A program made the position numbers and the translations under genes. The notes under the pieces are model-generated. The model saw only the letters and a program-made list of their open reading frames with translations. It made no database searches and was not told the origin of the DNA. From positions 8,556,001-8,620,000 of the forward strand of contig CM022666.1 in the NCBI GenBank assembly GCA_012295275.1: a DNA stretch of 64,000 bases, written 5' to 3'. Shown piece by piece: positions 25,012 to 41,465 of the stretch (its first letter is position 1; each line of letters starts with the position of its first letter). The stretch is from Chrysomallon squamiferum. Taxonomy: Eukaryota > Animalia > Mollusca.

Positions 25012-28000
25012 GCTGTTCATGTTGTTGTGGGTTTTTTGGGGGGTTTTGGGGTTTTTTGTCACGGAATAGTTTTAGTCAGTTGTCAGCTTTATTCAAGAAT
25101 ATATATCTGGGTTTCACTTTTTTCTTCTTTTTTTTTAATTCTAGGACGAACTCAGAATTGTGAGTAGTACTTAAAACATTAACTGTTTTATTGTATTCTA
25201 CATCTATTTATTATTCAACACAATCCACCTGACAAGATACCATCAAAGCAGGAAGAAAGAGGGAAAGACTGAAGACATCCTCCAACACACACATACTATT
25301 TACCTATTTATCTATATATCCATCTATATCTTCTATCTGTCTATTTTTTCTTCCTTTCTTTCTTTCTTTCTTTATATTTATTGTGTATAATTATTATAAC
25401 TGTTATTATATGCCATGTGAAAGTATTAGCTATAATTTCACCACACAGCAATTTGTTGTTTAATTTTTGGTTTTTGTATTTTTCACATTCATTTTGTTAG
25501 AAGTGTTTAAAATAATATTTTATTAAATGTGACCTGGTTAAACTGAACTAACACTGAAAAGGTTACAGAATTTTACGTTTTGCTGGAAAATACTACATTC
25601 ATATTTTATCTTCAAATCAAAGGGGCAAGCAAGCTGAGGTACCAATAAATAAATACATTTTTGTTTTGAATTCTTTTTTGTTTTTTTTCTTTTGATTTAA
25701 TTTTTCGGCTTTATCCTTTTATTCAAGATGATCCCAACGCCGAATACAGACGAATGGCTAGACGAACATCGGTTCCATTTGAACTGGCACCACCCGCAAC
25801 AGGTATGTAATACAGTAACCATTTAATTTTAAATTGCAACAATTTATTACTCATCTCAGCTCATTTCACAAGACACCAAGTCAAGGGTGAAAGAAAAAAG
25901 GAAAGATTGAAGATTCTCTCACCAGCTAACAGTGTCGATCTATCTCTCTATGTATGTTCATTTATATTTATTGTTGTATAATTATTACAGATAAAAATTA
26001 TTAGTATATGACTGGTGATAGTATTAGGCACAGTTTGATTTGTTTTCCCATATTATTTCTCCTTGTTGATGTAATTATTAACAATTGTTTAAATTTGTTA
26101 TTCTTTTTTTGAAATGAAATGATTTTCCAAAATGTTTTTCTTTTTTGATAAAATTATTAATAACTTTTATTTGTTTATTCATACAGCGCTGACAAACCAA
26201 TAAATAAACACATTTTTGTTTTGGATGTGTTTTTTTTTGTTTTTTTTTTTGTTGTTGTTTTTTTAAATTTAATTTTTCGGCTTTATCCTTTTGTTCAAGA
26301 GAGTACCGATACCGATACCGATACCAACCCCCAGTACAGACGATTAGCTAGACGAACATCGGTTCCATTTAAACTGGCACCACCCTTTACAAGTATGTAA
26401 TACAGTAACCATTTCATTTTAAATTGCAACAATTTATTATTCATCTCAGCTCATTTCACAAGACACCAAGTCAAGGGTGAAAGAAAAAAGGAAAGATTGA
26501 AGATTCTCTCACCAGCTAACAGTGTCGATCTATCTCTCCATCTATGTTTATTTATATTTATTATTGTATAATTATTACAGATAAAAATTATTAGTATATG
26601 ACTGGTGATAGTATTAGGCACAACTTGATTTGTTTTCCCATATTATTTCTCCTTGTTGATGTAATTAAAAACAATCTTTTTAAAAAAAATTCTTTTTTTT
26701 AAATAAAATGTTTTTCCCAATTTGTTTTCTTTTTTGATAAAATTATTAATAACTTTTATTCTTTTATTCATACAGCGCTGACAGATGAGGGTAAGTAGTA
26801 CTTACGAATTAACAATTTATTTTAAGCTACTTCTATTTATTACTCAGCCCAATTCGCTTTCTAAGACACTGTCAAAGGAAGAAGTAGGAGGGAAAGATCG
26901 AAGAAGTACAGGCTGGACGACATCAAGGAAAAAGCTGGGCTGAATGCAGACATACCATAGCGAAAAGCAGACAGCAGTTGTCATGGTGACCCTGTTATTA
27001 TTGTCTTGGGTCTGACTGTTTGTTAGTGAAACATATTAGGTCTGTGTATAAGTGCTACATTTCTGTCAAAGGGCACTAAAGGTCAGATTGTTTGTTTTAA
27101 AAATAACAGTCACAAAGGTAACAATACATATTGCAGAAGCTGAACACTATTCTGTCACCAGATGTATACATTTTATGTTAAGCAAAAATGTCAAATAAAT
27201 ATGTTTACTTCTTTGCTTTGTTATATTTCTGATGAGGATAAATTAATGGATACAGCAATAACTTTTAATAAAAATAAAAACAGCTTGACATAATCACTGT
27301 TTTTTCTAAAGAATTATTTCTTAAAAACACCAAATTTATGTATAAAAAAAATATTATGTACCTATCTTTCGTTAAAACAACAATAATAACAATTAAAATG
27401 TATAATTACGGTTAAATATATATTTATGTGTATATGTAAAAGTGAATATGTATTTGCTGTTTTATTATTATTTTTATTGTGAATATTATTGCTATTTTCC
27501 AATTTTTAATTTATATTTTTCTTATTGAATAATATTAACTTTAATTTTTCAGAACGCATCCGGCGCTTTTTGTTAATGTCCTCTGTCCCATTTCGTAAGT
27601 ATATTGTTTTAAAATGTTATATGTAAAGTGGACGATTAACAAACATTTACCATTTAACTGTAAATTGTATCCATTTATTATTCAACACAATTCTTTATCG
27701 AGGTTGGAAGAAAGAGAGAATGTCCAGCTTAGACGACAACAATGAAAAGAAAGTCTTTCTATCTACTGGAATTATTTTAATTTTTCAGATCGTCCGACAC
27801 CACCAAGAGAAGTTTATGGTGGAGGTATGACATTCTGACACTACTGCATATATATACATATATACATACATACACACACACACACATATATATATATACG
27901 CACACACAAGAAAATGCTTCATTCTTAGAAAAACAGTATCTCACAAAATATTTCATTTGATTTTTTATTGCAAATATTTAGAATATATGCAAGAAAACAT

Positions 28001-28293
28001 CTGTGTTTTTAAATGAAGAAAGATGTTTTATTTATTTTTAAAATGCTGTTGGATATCAGTCAGGGGTATGTAAATGATTTATATAAAATGAAAAAGTTAA
28101 ATAATATAAAAATTTCAAACGTTTTTAAAACACAGTATACAGAGCGGTGCAATATATAAGTTTCACATTTAATTTAAAATTATAATTTATTTTAAAACAT
28201 TAATAATAATATTAATAAAAAAATACGCCCAACCACAAAAATACAATAATAAAAAAAAAAAAAAAAAAATAAAAATAATAATAAAAAAAAAAA

Positions 28294-28344
<51 letters not shown>

Positions 28345-28885
28345 AATAAATAAATAATGTGAATATAGCGAAAAGATATATCTTACTATTCACACCACAT
28401 TCAACATATTATTTAGTTTTTTGAATAGACTGAATATCCTAAATAATTTATTTTGACAACAAAGAGAGAAAACCGTTTTTCTTTTCCTACGTTCCTTTTA
28501 TCCCGACCCCAAAAATATCTTTTCAGAACCTTTTTATGGATTTTACACCTTGAGTCCAGGAGTAATTGCAGGAATCGTCGTCGGATCTGTTTTGGGTGCC
28601 ACTGTTCTGTCCATTGCGGTCGTTACATGTTTCAGGTAAATAAAAGCAGAGATGAAATATCATCCCTACCCTTTTCATCCTCCAGAGCGAACACAGACAT
28701 AGCTAGATACACAAATATATACCAGGACATATATATATATATATATATAAAACTTTAGTTTTTAAAAAATATTTAAATTTATTAATATTATTTATTTATT
28801 TATTTATTTTTTTTTAACAAGCTTCCTGCAACCTGGACTTGACTCACGTAAGAGGGAACCTTTCAGTCGTGACCAGAGAGTGTAA
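24726..28885 (+). CDS. Locus C: ~169-aa type-I membrane protein encoded by micro-exons, paralog of B
   Basis: Exons 24726-24786 (MKSTFKTLFIFIIGLHLIPK), 25145-25159, 25728-25802, 26300-26392, 26776-26790, 27553-27594, 27789-27824, TM 28527-28635 (SPGVIAGIVVGSVLGATVLSIAVVTCF) and tail 28822-28885 (SFLQPGLDSRKREPFSRDQRV*). All GT-AG with a continuous frame; several introns align with those of B. Confidence 0.78.
25640..26784 (+). repeat. Tandem duplication (~560-590 bp unit) of an exon plus intron inside locus C
   Basis: 25640-26194 and 26195-26784 are near-identical. Each carries a YRRxARRTSVPFxLAPP exon. The junction atacagcgctgaca|aaccaataaa truncates the first copy of the 15-nt exon. Confidence 0.9.
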
Positions 28886-29773
28886 TGTGAAACAGAACAG
28901 CAAGACTTTAAGAGTTTAAGAGATTTTCAGTAATTAAAATAAAAACAAAGCTCATCAAATTGCGATTTTAACAGTTCTAAATTGTTCAATTTAAAATTTA
29001 TTGGTATTTTTTTTATGTTGTCTTTTCTTTCTTTCTTTTTTTTTTTTTTTGATGTTCTTTCTTGAAAATGATTATTTATGCATATTATTATTGTTTTATT
29101 TTTCTAATTAGTGAATGTACGATTTTGACAAAGCAAACTTAATTTTTTTTCGATTACATTGATTTTTATGAACACAATCAAAAACAATATTTTCGCAGGT
29201 AAAATGTATATATGTTTATGATAGTATTGTGTCAATATTAACACATTGCTAACTTTTAAGAAATATACTGTTTTCTTCGTGTTTTTTCTTTTTTCTTTTT
29301 TTTTCTTTTTGTCATTTGCAATTAAAATTCCTAGTTATTCATGATTCCTAGATGTATAATTAAATATGCATTTATTTATTTTTAAATACAGTATAACTAT
29401 TGACATTTTGTATATATGCAAGTAACTGTCTAATTTATATCTATCATTAAAGATAAAACTCAGACATTTATGTTAATTAATTAATTAACGTATTCATTAT
29501 CTGATTAATAAAACAAAATCAATTATTTACTTCAAAGTTTGTAATATCTAGCAATGTAAACAAAACCAATCAAAACAAATTGCTTAAACATAAAAATAAC
29601 ATCCGTAATTGAAAGAATTTTGTTTAATAGTTTCTTGTTGATTAATAAAAACTGACTGTATCATCCTAAGTTTTATTTATTTGTTTGTGCATGTACGTAT
29701 GTATGCATGTATATATGTATGTATGTGTATATGTGTGTTTGTGTGTGTATGTGTGTTTGTGTGTGTTTGTGTG

Positions 29774-29837
<64 letters not shown>

Positions 29838-30069
29838 TTTTTGTTTGGTCAGTTCAGTGTGTATATTATCAGTATGTTCTGCATCCTTTTTCAAAGGAAC
29901 AACAAACAAAAAACCCCACAACAAATGTCTTTCGCTATCCTTTCGCAGTACATATAACATAAATATATGTAATATTTTCCTTTTGCAATGTATTATAACA
30001 ACTTCTTACAGGTGCTGATTTGCATAATATATGTTACCTGTTCCTTTTATTACATACATAATAATATAA

Positions 30070-31030
30070 TGTATGTTACCCGTCCCTTTTACTATACACG
30101 TAACTACACGATGTATGTTACCCGTCCCTTTTACTATACACGTAACTACACAATGTATGTTACCCGTCCCTTTTACTATACACGTAACTACACAATGTAT
30201 GTTACCCGTCCCTTTTACTACACGCTTAACTACACAATGTATGTTACCCGTCCCTTTTACTACACGCTTAACTACACAATGTATGTTACCCGTCCCTTTT
30301 ACTATACACGTAACTACACAATGTATGTTACCCGTCCCTTTTACTACACGCTTAACTACACAATGTATGTTACCCGTCCCTTTTACTATACACGTAACTA
30401 CACAATGTATGTTACCCGTCCCTTTTACTACACGCTTAACTACACAATGTATGTTACCCGTCCCTTTTACTACACGCTTAACTACACAATGTATGTTACC
30501 CGTCCCTTTTACTATACACGTAACTACACAATGTATGTTACCCGTCCCTTTTACTACACGCTTAACTACACAATGTATGTTACCCGTCCCTTTTACTACA
30601 CGCTTAACTACACAATGTATGTTACCCGTCCCTTTTACTATACACGTAATTACACAATGTATGTTACCCGTCCCTTTTACTACACGCTTAACTACACAAT
30701 GTATGTTACCCGTCCCTTTTACTATACACGTAACTACACAATGTATGTTACCCGTCCCTTTTACTACACGTTAACTACACAATGTATGTTACCCGTCCCT
30801 TTTACTACACAACTACACAATGTATGTTACCCGTCCCTTTTACTATACACGTAACTACACAATGTATGTTACCCGTCCCTTTTACTATACACGTAACTAC
30901 ACAATGTATGTTACTGGTCCCTTTTACCACACACGTAACAACAACATAATGTATGTTACCCGTCCCTTTTACTACACACGTAACAAGAAAATGTTATCCG
31001 TCCTTTTACTACATACGTAACAACATACTG
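30070..31030. repeat. 42-bp minisatellite, about 20 copies, two interspersed variants
   Basis: Unit ATGTATGTTACCCGTCCCTTTTACTA(TACACGT/CACGCTT)AACTACACA, degenerate at both edges, with no unique spacers. Confidence 0.95.
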
Positions 31031-31064
31031 TATTTACTACACACACTGTTTAAGCAAAATGACC

Positions 31065-31560
31065 TTTCTTCGAAGTTTTGTGTGGTAAATTTGGTGGCCA
31101 TCTTGAAAAATGTCCTCGCCTTGAATTTTCAAATGGCGAATATCCAAATCTCTGGAGGACAAAAATGCCACATTCATCCTTATATTATAATTATCATAAT
31201 GAACATGATTTTCTGCTATCCAATCCACTATACATGTTATTAAGCCATGCAAGTATTCGACAATCACTATAATGGTGCAAAATCAGAAAAAGTGTGTGTC
31301 AGTGAGCTTTAAAAACATTACAATCCACTCCAGCAGGCTTGAAAACATAGGAATCCAAACCTAGAATATACAACTCGGACAACTACGAATACCTCCAAGC
31401 GAAAAGTGAACTTCGGCAGGTTAACCTGGCGTCCATCTTGAAAAATGGCAGCCAATTTGTATTTTAAGATGGCCAATGAAGCACCTTTGCTGAGAATACC
31501 CCGGAGAACAAATCTGCAAAATTATAAAGTGCACGTATTTTTCTATTATCTACTATACTA
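31065..31560. mobile_element. Probable non-autonomous DNA-transposon fragment with GCCATCTT/AAGATGGC motifs
   Basis: ggccatcttgaaaaatg near 31096, gtccatcttgaaaaatggc near 31431 and aagatggcc near 31466: the same motif class as the subterminal regions of the 9.6-12 kb element. Confidence 0.4.
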
Positions 31561-32465
31561 AATGTGTTTTACTTTTGCAACATGCAATAAAATAAATATA
31601 GTACAGTTTCTCCTTGGGATGTTCCATTAATTCAGTTAGGTTGTGACAACACCTACTTAAGAGATAGGAGAAACCGATCATTGAGATGACTCGAGTTATA
31701 ATTATTTATCTTATATTAAAAACATTTATTTATTTATTTATTTATTTGTTTATTTATTATTTCAGTCCCGTGAATTATCCGATGACGTAGACGACTTACT
31801 GACGTCAGCATGGATTTATTTTCAAACGAAGGTGAGTATGTGAGGAAATGTCAGATTAAAACAGAAATATTTAATATACGATTTTAAAAACATTTCATAA
31901 ATTGATTACTGCTACTACTATTACTACTACTTGAACTAGTACCTCTATTACTTCTACAGCTATTACTTTTGATAGTATTACGAAGAAATGACAATGTTGA
32001 CAAATAAATGAATAAAAAAACAACAACCCCCCAAAAAAAAACCAATGAAAGTCATAACAATAAAAAAAAAGTAAAATCAAAATTAAAATAAATAAAAGAA
32101 AAAAAGAAAAGAAAACAAAATGAATAAAATAAATGTATAAATCATATTATATAATATACTGGTTTTCTTTATGCAGCTATTTACAATGTGATACAAAAAT
32201 GAAAAGTACTGTTTCAAAGCTTGTCGTGTTAACAGTGGGACTGCAGTTAATACAAAACGGTTTGTGAAATTATACTGGAAATCTTTCATCAGTCCTTTCC
32301 ATACTTTAACATCAGAAACTTTAACTGAGACGCTCGCTCGCACGCACACACGCACACACGCGCGCAGACATATATATATGCATACGTACATACATACCAC
32401 AGACACATCATTACATACATACATACAGACATAGTTACATACATCAGAAAGAGAGAGAATGGCAG

Positions 32466-32739
32466 CAGGGCTGTATTTCCCATACAGACTTTCCAGGCTA
32501 GCACCTAGGGCGGTAGGATGATAGGGGCGGCAGTTCATTTTAAATAAACTCGTATTTTTACATTTGATTTATAAATAAATCATTATGTAAATGTAAAACC
32601 AGTTTTTTACTTTCAACTAGATCATAAGTTACAACCATTCATACTATATAAACTAAGTGGGAAGGGTGAGGGGGATTTGAGGAGGGGGCGGTAAACTTTC
32701 TTTAGCCTATGGGCGGCAAGCACATTAAGTCCAACCCTG
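32466..32739. mobile_element. hAT-like MITE
   Basis: Termini CAGGGCTG...CAACCCTG, imperfect 8-bp flanking duplication aatggcag/attggtag, GC-rich gggcgg subterminal blocks and an AT-rich core. Confidence 0.55.
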
Positions 32740-32865
32740 ATTGGTAGTATTTTCATTTTATTTATTTCTTTCGTTAATTATTTTGTTTTCATTTCTATTA
32801 AGGAAATCCGATAATGATAAACTATATCTATTTCAGGATCAGCTGGTGACACCGAAAACAGCGAA

Positions 32866-35630
<2,765 letters not shown>

Positions 35631-36025
35631 ACGGACGTTATCACGTGACGTTACGACATGACGTTATGACGTGACGTTACGTTTTAACTTGATGTGTTTA
35701 TTTGACGTTACGAGCTAACAGTATCGCCTTTCATCATTTTCATAAGTCATTATTTGACTTGAACACAACACAATACTGATTTGACTTCATTACTTGACAC
35801 TGACGCCCGAAGACATTACGTGACAGCTTTTCGCTGTCGTTTGACATTATTACAAGAAGTGGTGACGTAACGGCTTCTTTTGTCAAGTTTTGCTGACGTC
35901 ATGCTTTGGAGTTTTCGTTTAAAGTTGATTCAATGATATTTTAGAAGAAATCATGACGATAGTATCGATTGATGTTGTGATTTGATGTCATTCAGTGAAG
36001 TCATGATTTTGACGTTTTACTCAAA

Positions 36026-36056
<31 letters not shown>

Positions 36057-37169
36057 ACAAAATCACAAAAATAAGAATATACAAAAAATAAATAAATAAA
36101 AAAATAAAAAATAAAAATAATAATAAAATAAAAATGTTTAAAAAATGTTGATATGTATGCTTTCCTTATTATTTTATTAATATAATTTGCTTATTTTTTA
36201 TTGATATTTTATATTTATATTATAAATAAATTAATAAATTAATTATTTAATTAATAACATAAAATAAAATAAAATAAAGTCCAGGATAAAGATATATGGC
36301 AATATTCGATGAAAACATCTTTCTGTTCTTTATTACCTGCAAACACACACATAGATATAGTTCACTCTAATAATCAATCACATTGTAATAGTAACTAAAT
36401 GCGTTGCCAAGGAAACAATATATCGGATGTATTCCATTGCGTCGTCTCTTGCTTCTCCATAAAAGGAATAACAGAACAGCTGCGTAAAACAAATATATAT
36501 AATAATAATAATAATAATTGTTATAATGATAAATACCCACACACGTAATTATAATGTCTAAACTTACTATAGGTGTTAATTAATGCCGGCTTTGTTTAAT
36601 AAGGTAGAACGAAGGAAAAGTATTACTTATTCGAAATGGAAACAATGCTGCTACCATTTTTTTGTTCTCCCCCCACAAAGCGACTTAGTGCTCGAATGGT
36701 CAGTCATTTCCACTTTGCACTGGACGATTACTGACCACATGTAATGGGCAAACTTTTCTCTAAGAGATTTCACGCCTACGTTGCAGGTATGTATTTTACA
36801 GTTACTAATTATTAATTTTGTATTATTATTTTCTTTTTCTTTTTTACGCCTACTTTGATAAATCGGTAACGTTATTACTATATTTATAGACACTGCGGTT
36901 GTTTTTCACCTTTTCGCTAATTAGTGCTTATTTTGTTGTTAGAATATCTAGAGTTTGTCGGTAACTGACGAATATAAAAATCTCTCATTTTTTAAGACCC
37001 TCCTTCCTAATTTTGAAACAGAGGGTTAACCCCCCCCTTCAATTTCCCTCCTATAAAAGAGGACACAGAAATCATTCGCGATGAAAATTAATTTGCAGAG
37101 ATTAAACAAATAATGATGTAAATTATTTGGTTCGGTTTGGTTTGATTTTATAATGTGCACAAAACGACG

Positions 37170-37710
37170 TCTGTGGTACATGCAGTGGCAGTAGTAGCAG
37201 TGACGATATTTTTAGTAATAGTGGTAGACGTAGTGATAGTATTTGTAGTGGTGGTGGTGGTAGTAGTAATAATAATAACAGTAGTAGTAGTGGTGGTTGT
37301 GATGGTGGTAGTAATGGTAATAGTAGAAGTACCAGTAACAATAAGTAGCTGCAGCAGTAATAGTAGCAACAGAAGCAGCTGTAGTAGTAGATTAAATAGC
37401 AGTTTTAATAGTAATGGTGGTAGTAGTGTAGTAGTAGATGTAGTAGTAGTAATAGTAGTAGTAATGCTAATAGCAGTATTATTAGAGGTAGTAATATTAG
37501 CAGCAGAAGTAGTACTATTAGTGGAACTGTAGCAGTTTATGTAACAGTAGTTGCAGCAGAAGTGGTAGTAATAGTGGTGGTAGATGTAGTAGTAGTAGCA
37601 ATAGTAGTATCAGTAATAATATTAGTAGTGGTATCAATCGTGTTGGTGAATGTAGCTGTAGGCACTGGTTGTAGTGCTGTTACTGTTGATATTCTTAGTC
37701 ATGATGGTGA

Positions 37711-37774
<64 letters not shown>

Positions 37775-37775
37775 T
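37170..37775. repeat. (GTA)n-derived low-complexity tract
   Basis: Degenerate and then pure agt repeats. Confidence 0.85.
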
Positions 37776-38100
37776 AGTAATAGTTTTGTAATTCTGTATT
37801 ATAACTTAAACATATTATTTTCCTAATATTACTTCCAAACTGTCGCTGTATTATTTACAAAGAAAGAGATAATTATTATAACATTACCCTCCACGTTTAT
37901 CCTGCCCCTGGCCTTTCCCCGTCCAGATTTGTCCCTAAGTTCGCACTAAAGCTATCAGAGAAAGGATTAACCCCGCTATGTGCTTTCAACCGAGTTCAGA
38001 ATAACAGCAACAAAAATAGATCTGTATTATTCTGAGGTACGTTTACACGTAGCAACTTAAACAGTGAGAAATGAAAGAGAGCGTATGATACACACACACA

Positions 38101-38227
<127 letters not shown>

Positions 38228-39002
38228 AGTATGGTTTTGTATTAATATGTATGTATCTATCAATTTTAGGAAACAAATTTTAATTACGTTAGACTCCCCA
38301 TTGTTACATCCAAAAGAACATTTCATATCAAAGAGTGGGTGTAAATGGCGTGTCTATGACGTCACTGTCAAGAGTTGAAAATGTGTGTTTAAAATCAGTA
38401 CTAGTTATGTTTTGTATAACGGTTTTAATCTCGATTTATCGTCGATAATTATAAGTGTCGCGACATCGATACAGGATATGTCCAGAGCAAATCGGTCAGC
38501 GATTCCTAATAATACATCCTCAATTCCTGCCCTCCCCCAAAAGGAACTAGCATAATAACTATCATGCCTATTGGACAGAGTAAAATATTTTGCTACTAAT
38601 ATTATCAAAAAAATATCAAATGCACTGGAAGCTATCGAAGAATGTACTATTAATATATATCCTTAATTACCTTGCCAAAGTTTAGTGAAAGAAAAAAAAC
38701 AAAAACAACAACAACAACAACAAAAACGAACAAACAACCTTTGACGTTAATATAATCTTTGTTTTGCATAAGTTGCTCTATGCTTATTCAGTGGTAAAGG
38801 TTTTGTTAAAAGCTCTAGTGTGAATGCGTCTTTAATAAATTACCAAGCCAAAGTAAGACACCTCAGTTTGTGTTGTACGTCAAACGAATCGATAGAGAAA
38901 AGACGTAGGAATATTACTGCGACTTGACTGTCAGTCTATAAGTTTGTCACAGAGATACCGCCTGTTACAGTACACTGCAGATAAACAGTGAGTACTTACT
39001 TG

Positions 39003-39365
<363 letters not shown>

Positions 39366-39500
39366 ATATACACATACACACACAAAATATTTTTCAACGT
39401 AATAGTATAGTTATGTTGGGAATATTTAACTGTAAGTTCAGTGATTACCGTTTTTCTTAGATATATTTATTATTAATATTATTATTATTATTATTATTAT

Positions 39501-39598
<98 letters not shown>

Positions 39599-40073
39599 TG
39601 GCAGTAGTGGTTGCAGCGGTAGTTTTAGTTCTACAGCTATGTGGCGGAAATGTAAGGTCATTGCAGTCAACAAAAGTATTATCTCACAAAGGTTTATGTC
39701 TCAAGTTGATCCAGGGTTTTGGGCCGAGTGCCCAGACAGTAGATAGCGTTAACAAAATGATTTTTTTCTAAATGGCCTAAGAAACGGGAAATCGGAACAG
39801 TTTTAGGACAGGTGACATTACTTAATACAATCCGCTAATAAATATTCGTACAAAATTTAAGTTGATAATAATGAGACGTAAGGTAAAACAATGTTAAATA
39901 ATAAAATGATATTACACTGATAGTCTACTGAGAGTGATTTGTTACGTGATAAAAAGATAATGTGTTAAATTCGTGTTAGTAATAATAAATAAATAAAAGT
40001 TTGTGAAAAGGGATATATATATTAATGTACCGTTAAAACTGATATGCATGAATTTATGATTATATACATATAT

Positions 40074-40457
<384 letters not shown>

Positions 40458-40813
40458 ACCTATTGCTAATTGGTGAGAATAATTGTAATTCGGAATATAC
40501 TTCTCTCTACCACGTTTACAAAATAACTGAATGACAAGAAATAACCTCTGATGTTGTTGTTGTCTTTATCGCATCTGTACTTTTATTTATTATTATTAAA
40601 CTTTTTAAATGTATTTTTGTTATTTAATTTAATTCATTTATTATTCATATTTATGTTTGTTGTTGCTGTTTATTCTATTAGCATTATCGTTTTATATATA
40701 TAATTTATTTCATTTTTATTTTATTTTATTTCTATTTTTTTGAAAAACAAGGTTCCTCGTTTCTGAAAATAGACCGGTCTGTTAGTCGAAAATCGATCAA
40801 AGGCGATGCAGTA

Positions 40814-41380
40814 ATGACAGACCTGACAGACGAAAGCTACCACTTATTCGTGGCCATCTCTTTCGGGAAGATCCACAAAGTCAACGCTTACCTCAAACAA
40901 CTCGGCGACGTCAACGTCCGCAACGGACTCGAGCGAACCCTCCTCATCCACACGATTTGCTCCGCCCCTGAGTCAGTGCTGTGCTACATCGTGCGTCTTC
41001 TGCTCTTTCTCGAAATAGACCCGAACCTCCAGGACACGTTCGGGCGGACTGCTCTGATGTACGCCTGTGCAGACGTCGAGAAAGACGACGTGGTTAGGCA
41101 GCTAATGAGGTACAAATACACCAACCCCAACGTCCAGGATTATCACGGCAACTTTGCCCTCATGTACGCCGTCGCATACCAGAATAAACTTGCCTTGCAT
41201 TACTTAATGGATGACGCGCGAACGTGTTACAAACTGAACTGTTTCCTGCGGAATCAGAAAGGTGAATCGGCAGAAGATATTGCTGACGCGATGAAGCTGC
41301 AGGATGTGAAAGTTTTGCTCCAGAAGAAAGTTATCAACGTGGAATGTGCTGCAATACAGTCTACCTCCACTGCAACGTGA
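40814..41380 (+). CDS. Small ankyrin-repeat protein (188 aa, about 3-4 repeats), single coding exon
   Basis: DVNVRNGLERTLLI, DPNLQDTFGRTALMYAC and NPNVQDYHGNFALMYAV match the ankyrin consensus. GC-rich intact ORF, a likely 5'UTR acceptor near 40751 and AATAAA at 41398. Confidence 0.9.
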   Translation: MTDLTDESYHLFVAISFGKIHKVNAYLKQLGDVNVRNGLERTLLIHTICSAPESVLCYIVRLLLFLEIDPNLQDTFGRTALMYACADVEKDDVVRQLMRYKYTNPNVQDYHGNFALMYAVAYQNKLALHYLMDDARTCYKLNCFLRNQKGESAEDIADAMKLQDVKVLLQKKVINVECAAIQSTSTAT

Positions 41381-41465
41381 TGTCCTGCGTCTTTTCAAAT
41401 AAAAGAGCAAAGGAATATAAAAATAGAAAGACTGTACACTTTACTGTTTAATATATGATTCAAAC

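Noticed and set aside
30070-31030. CRISPR-like regular array
   Set aside because: Head-to-tail units with only two variants, no unique spacers, no cas genes and a eukaryotic context.
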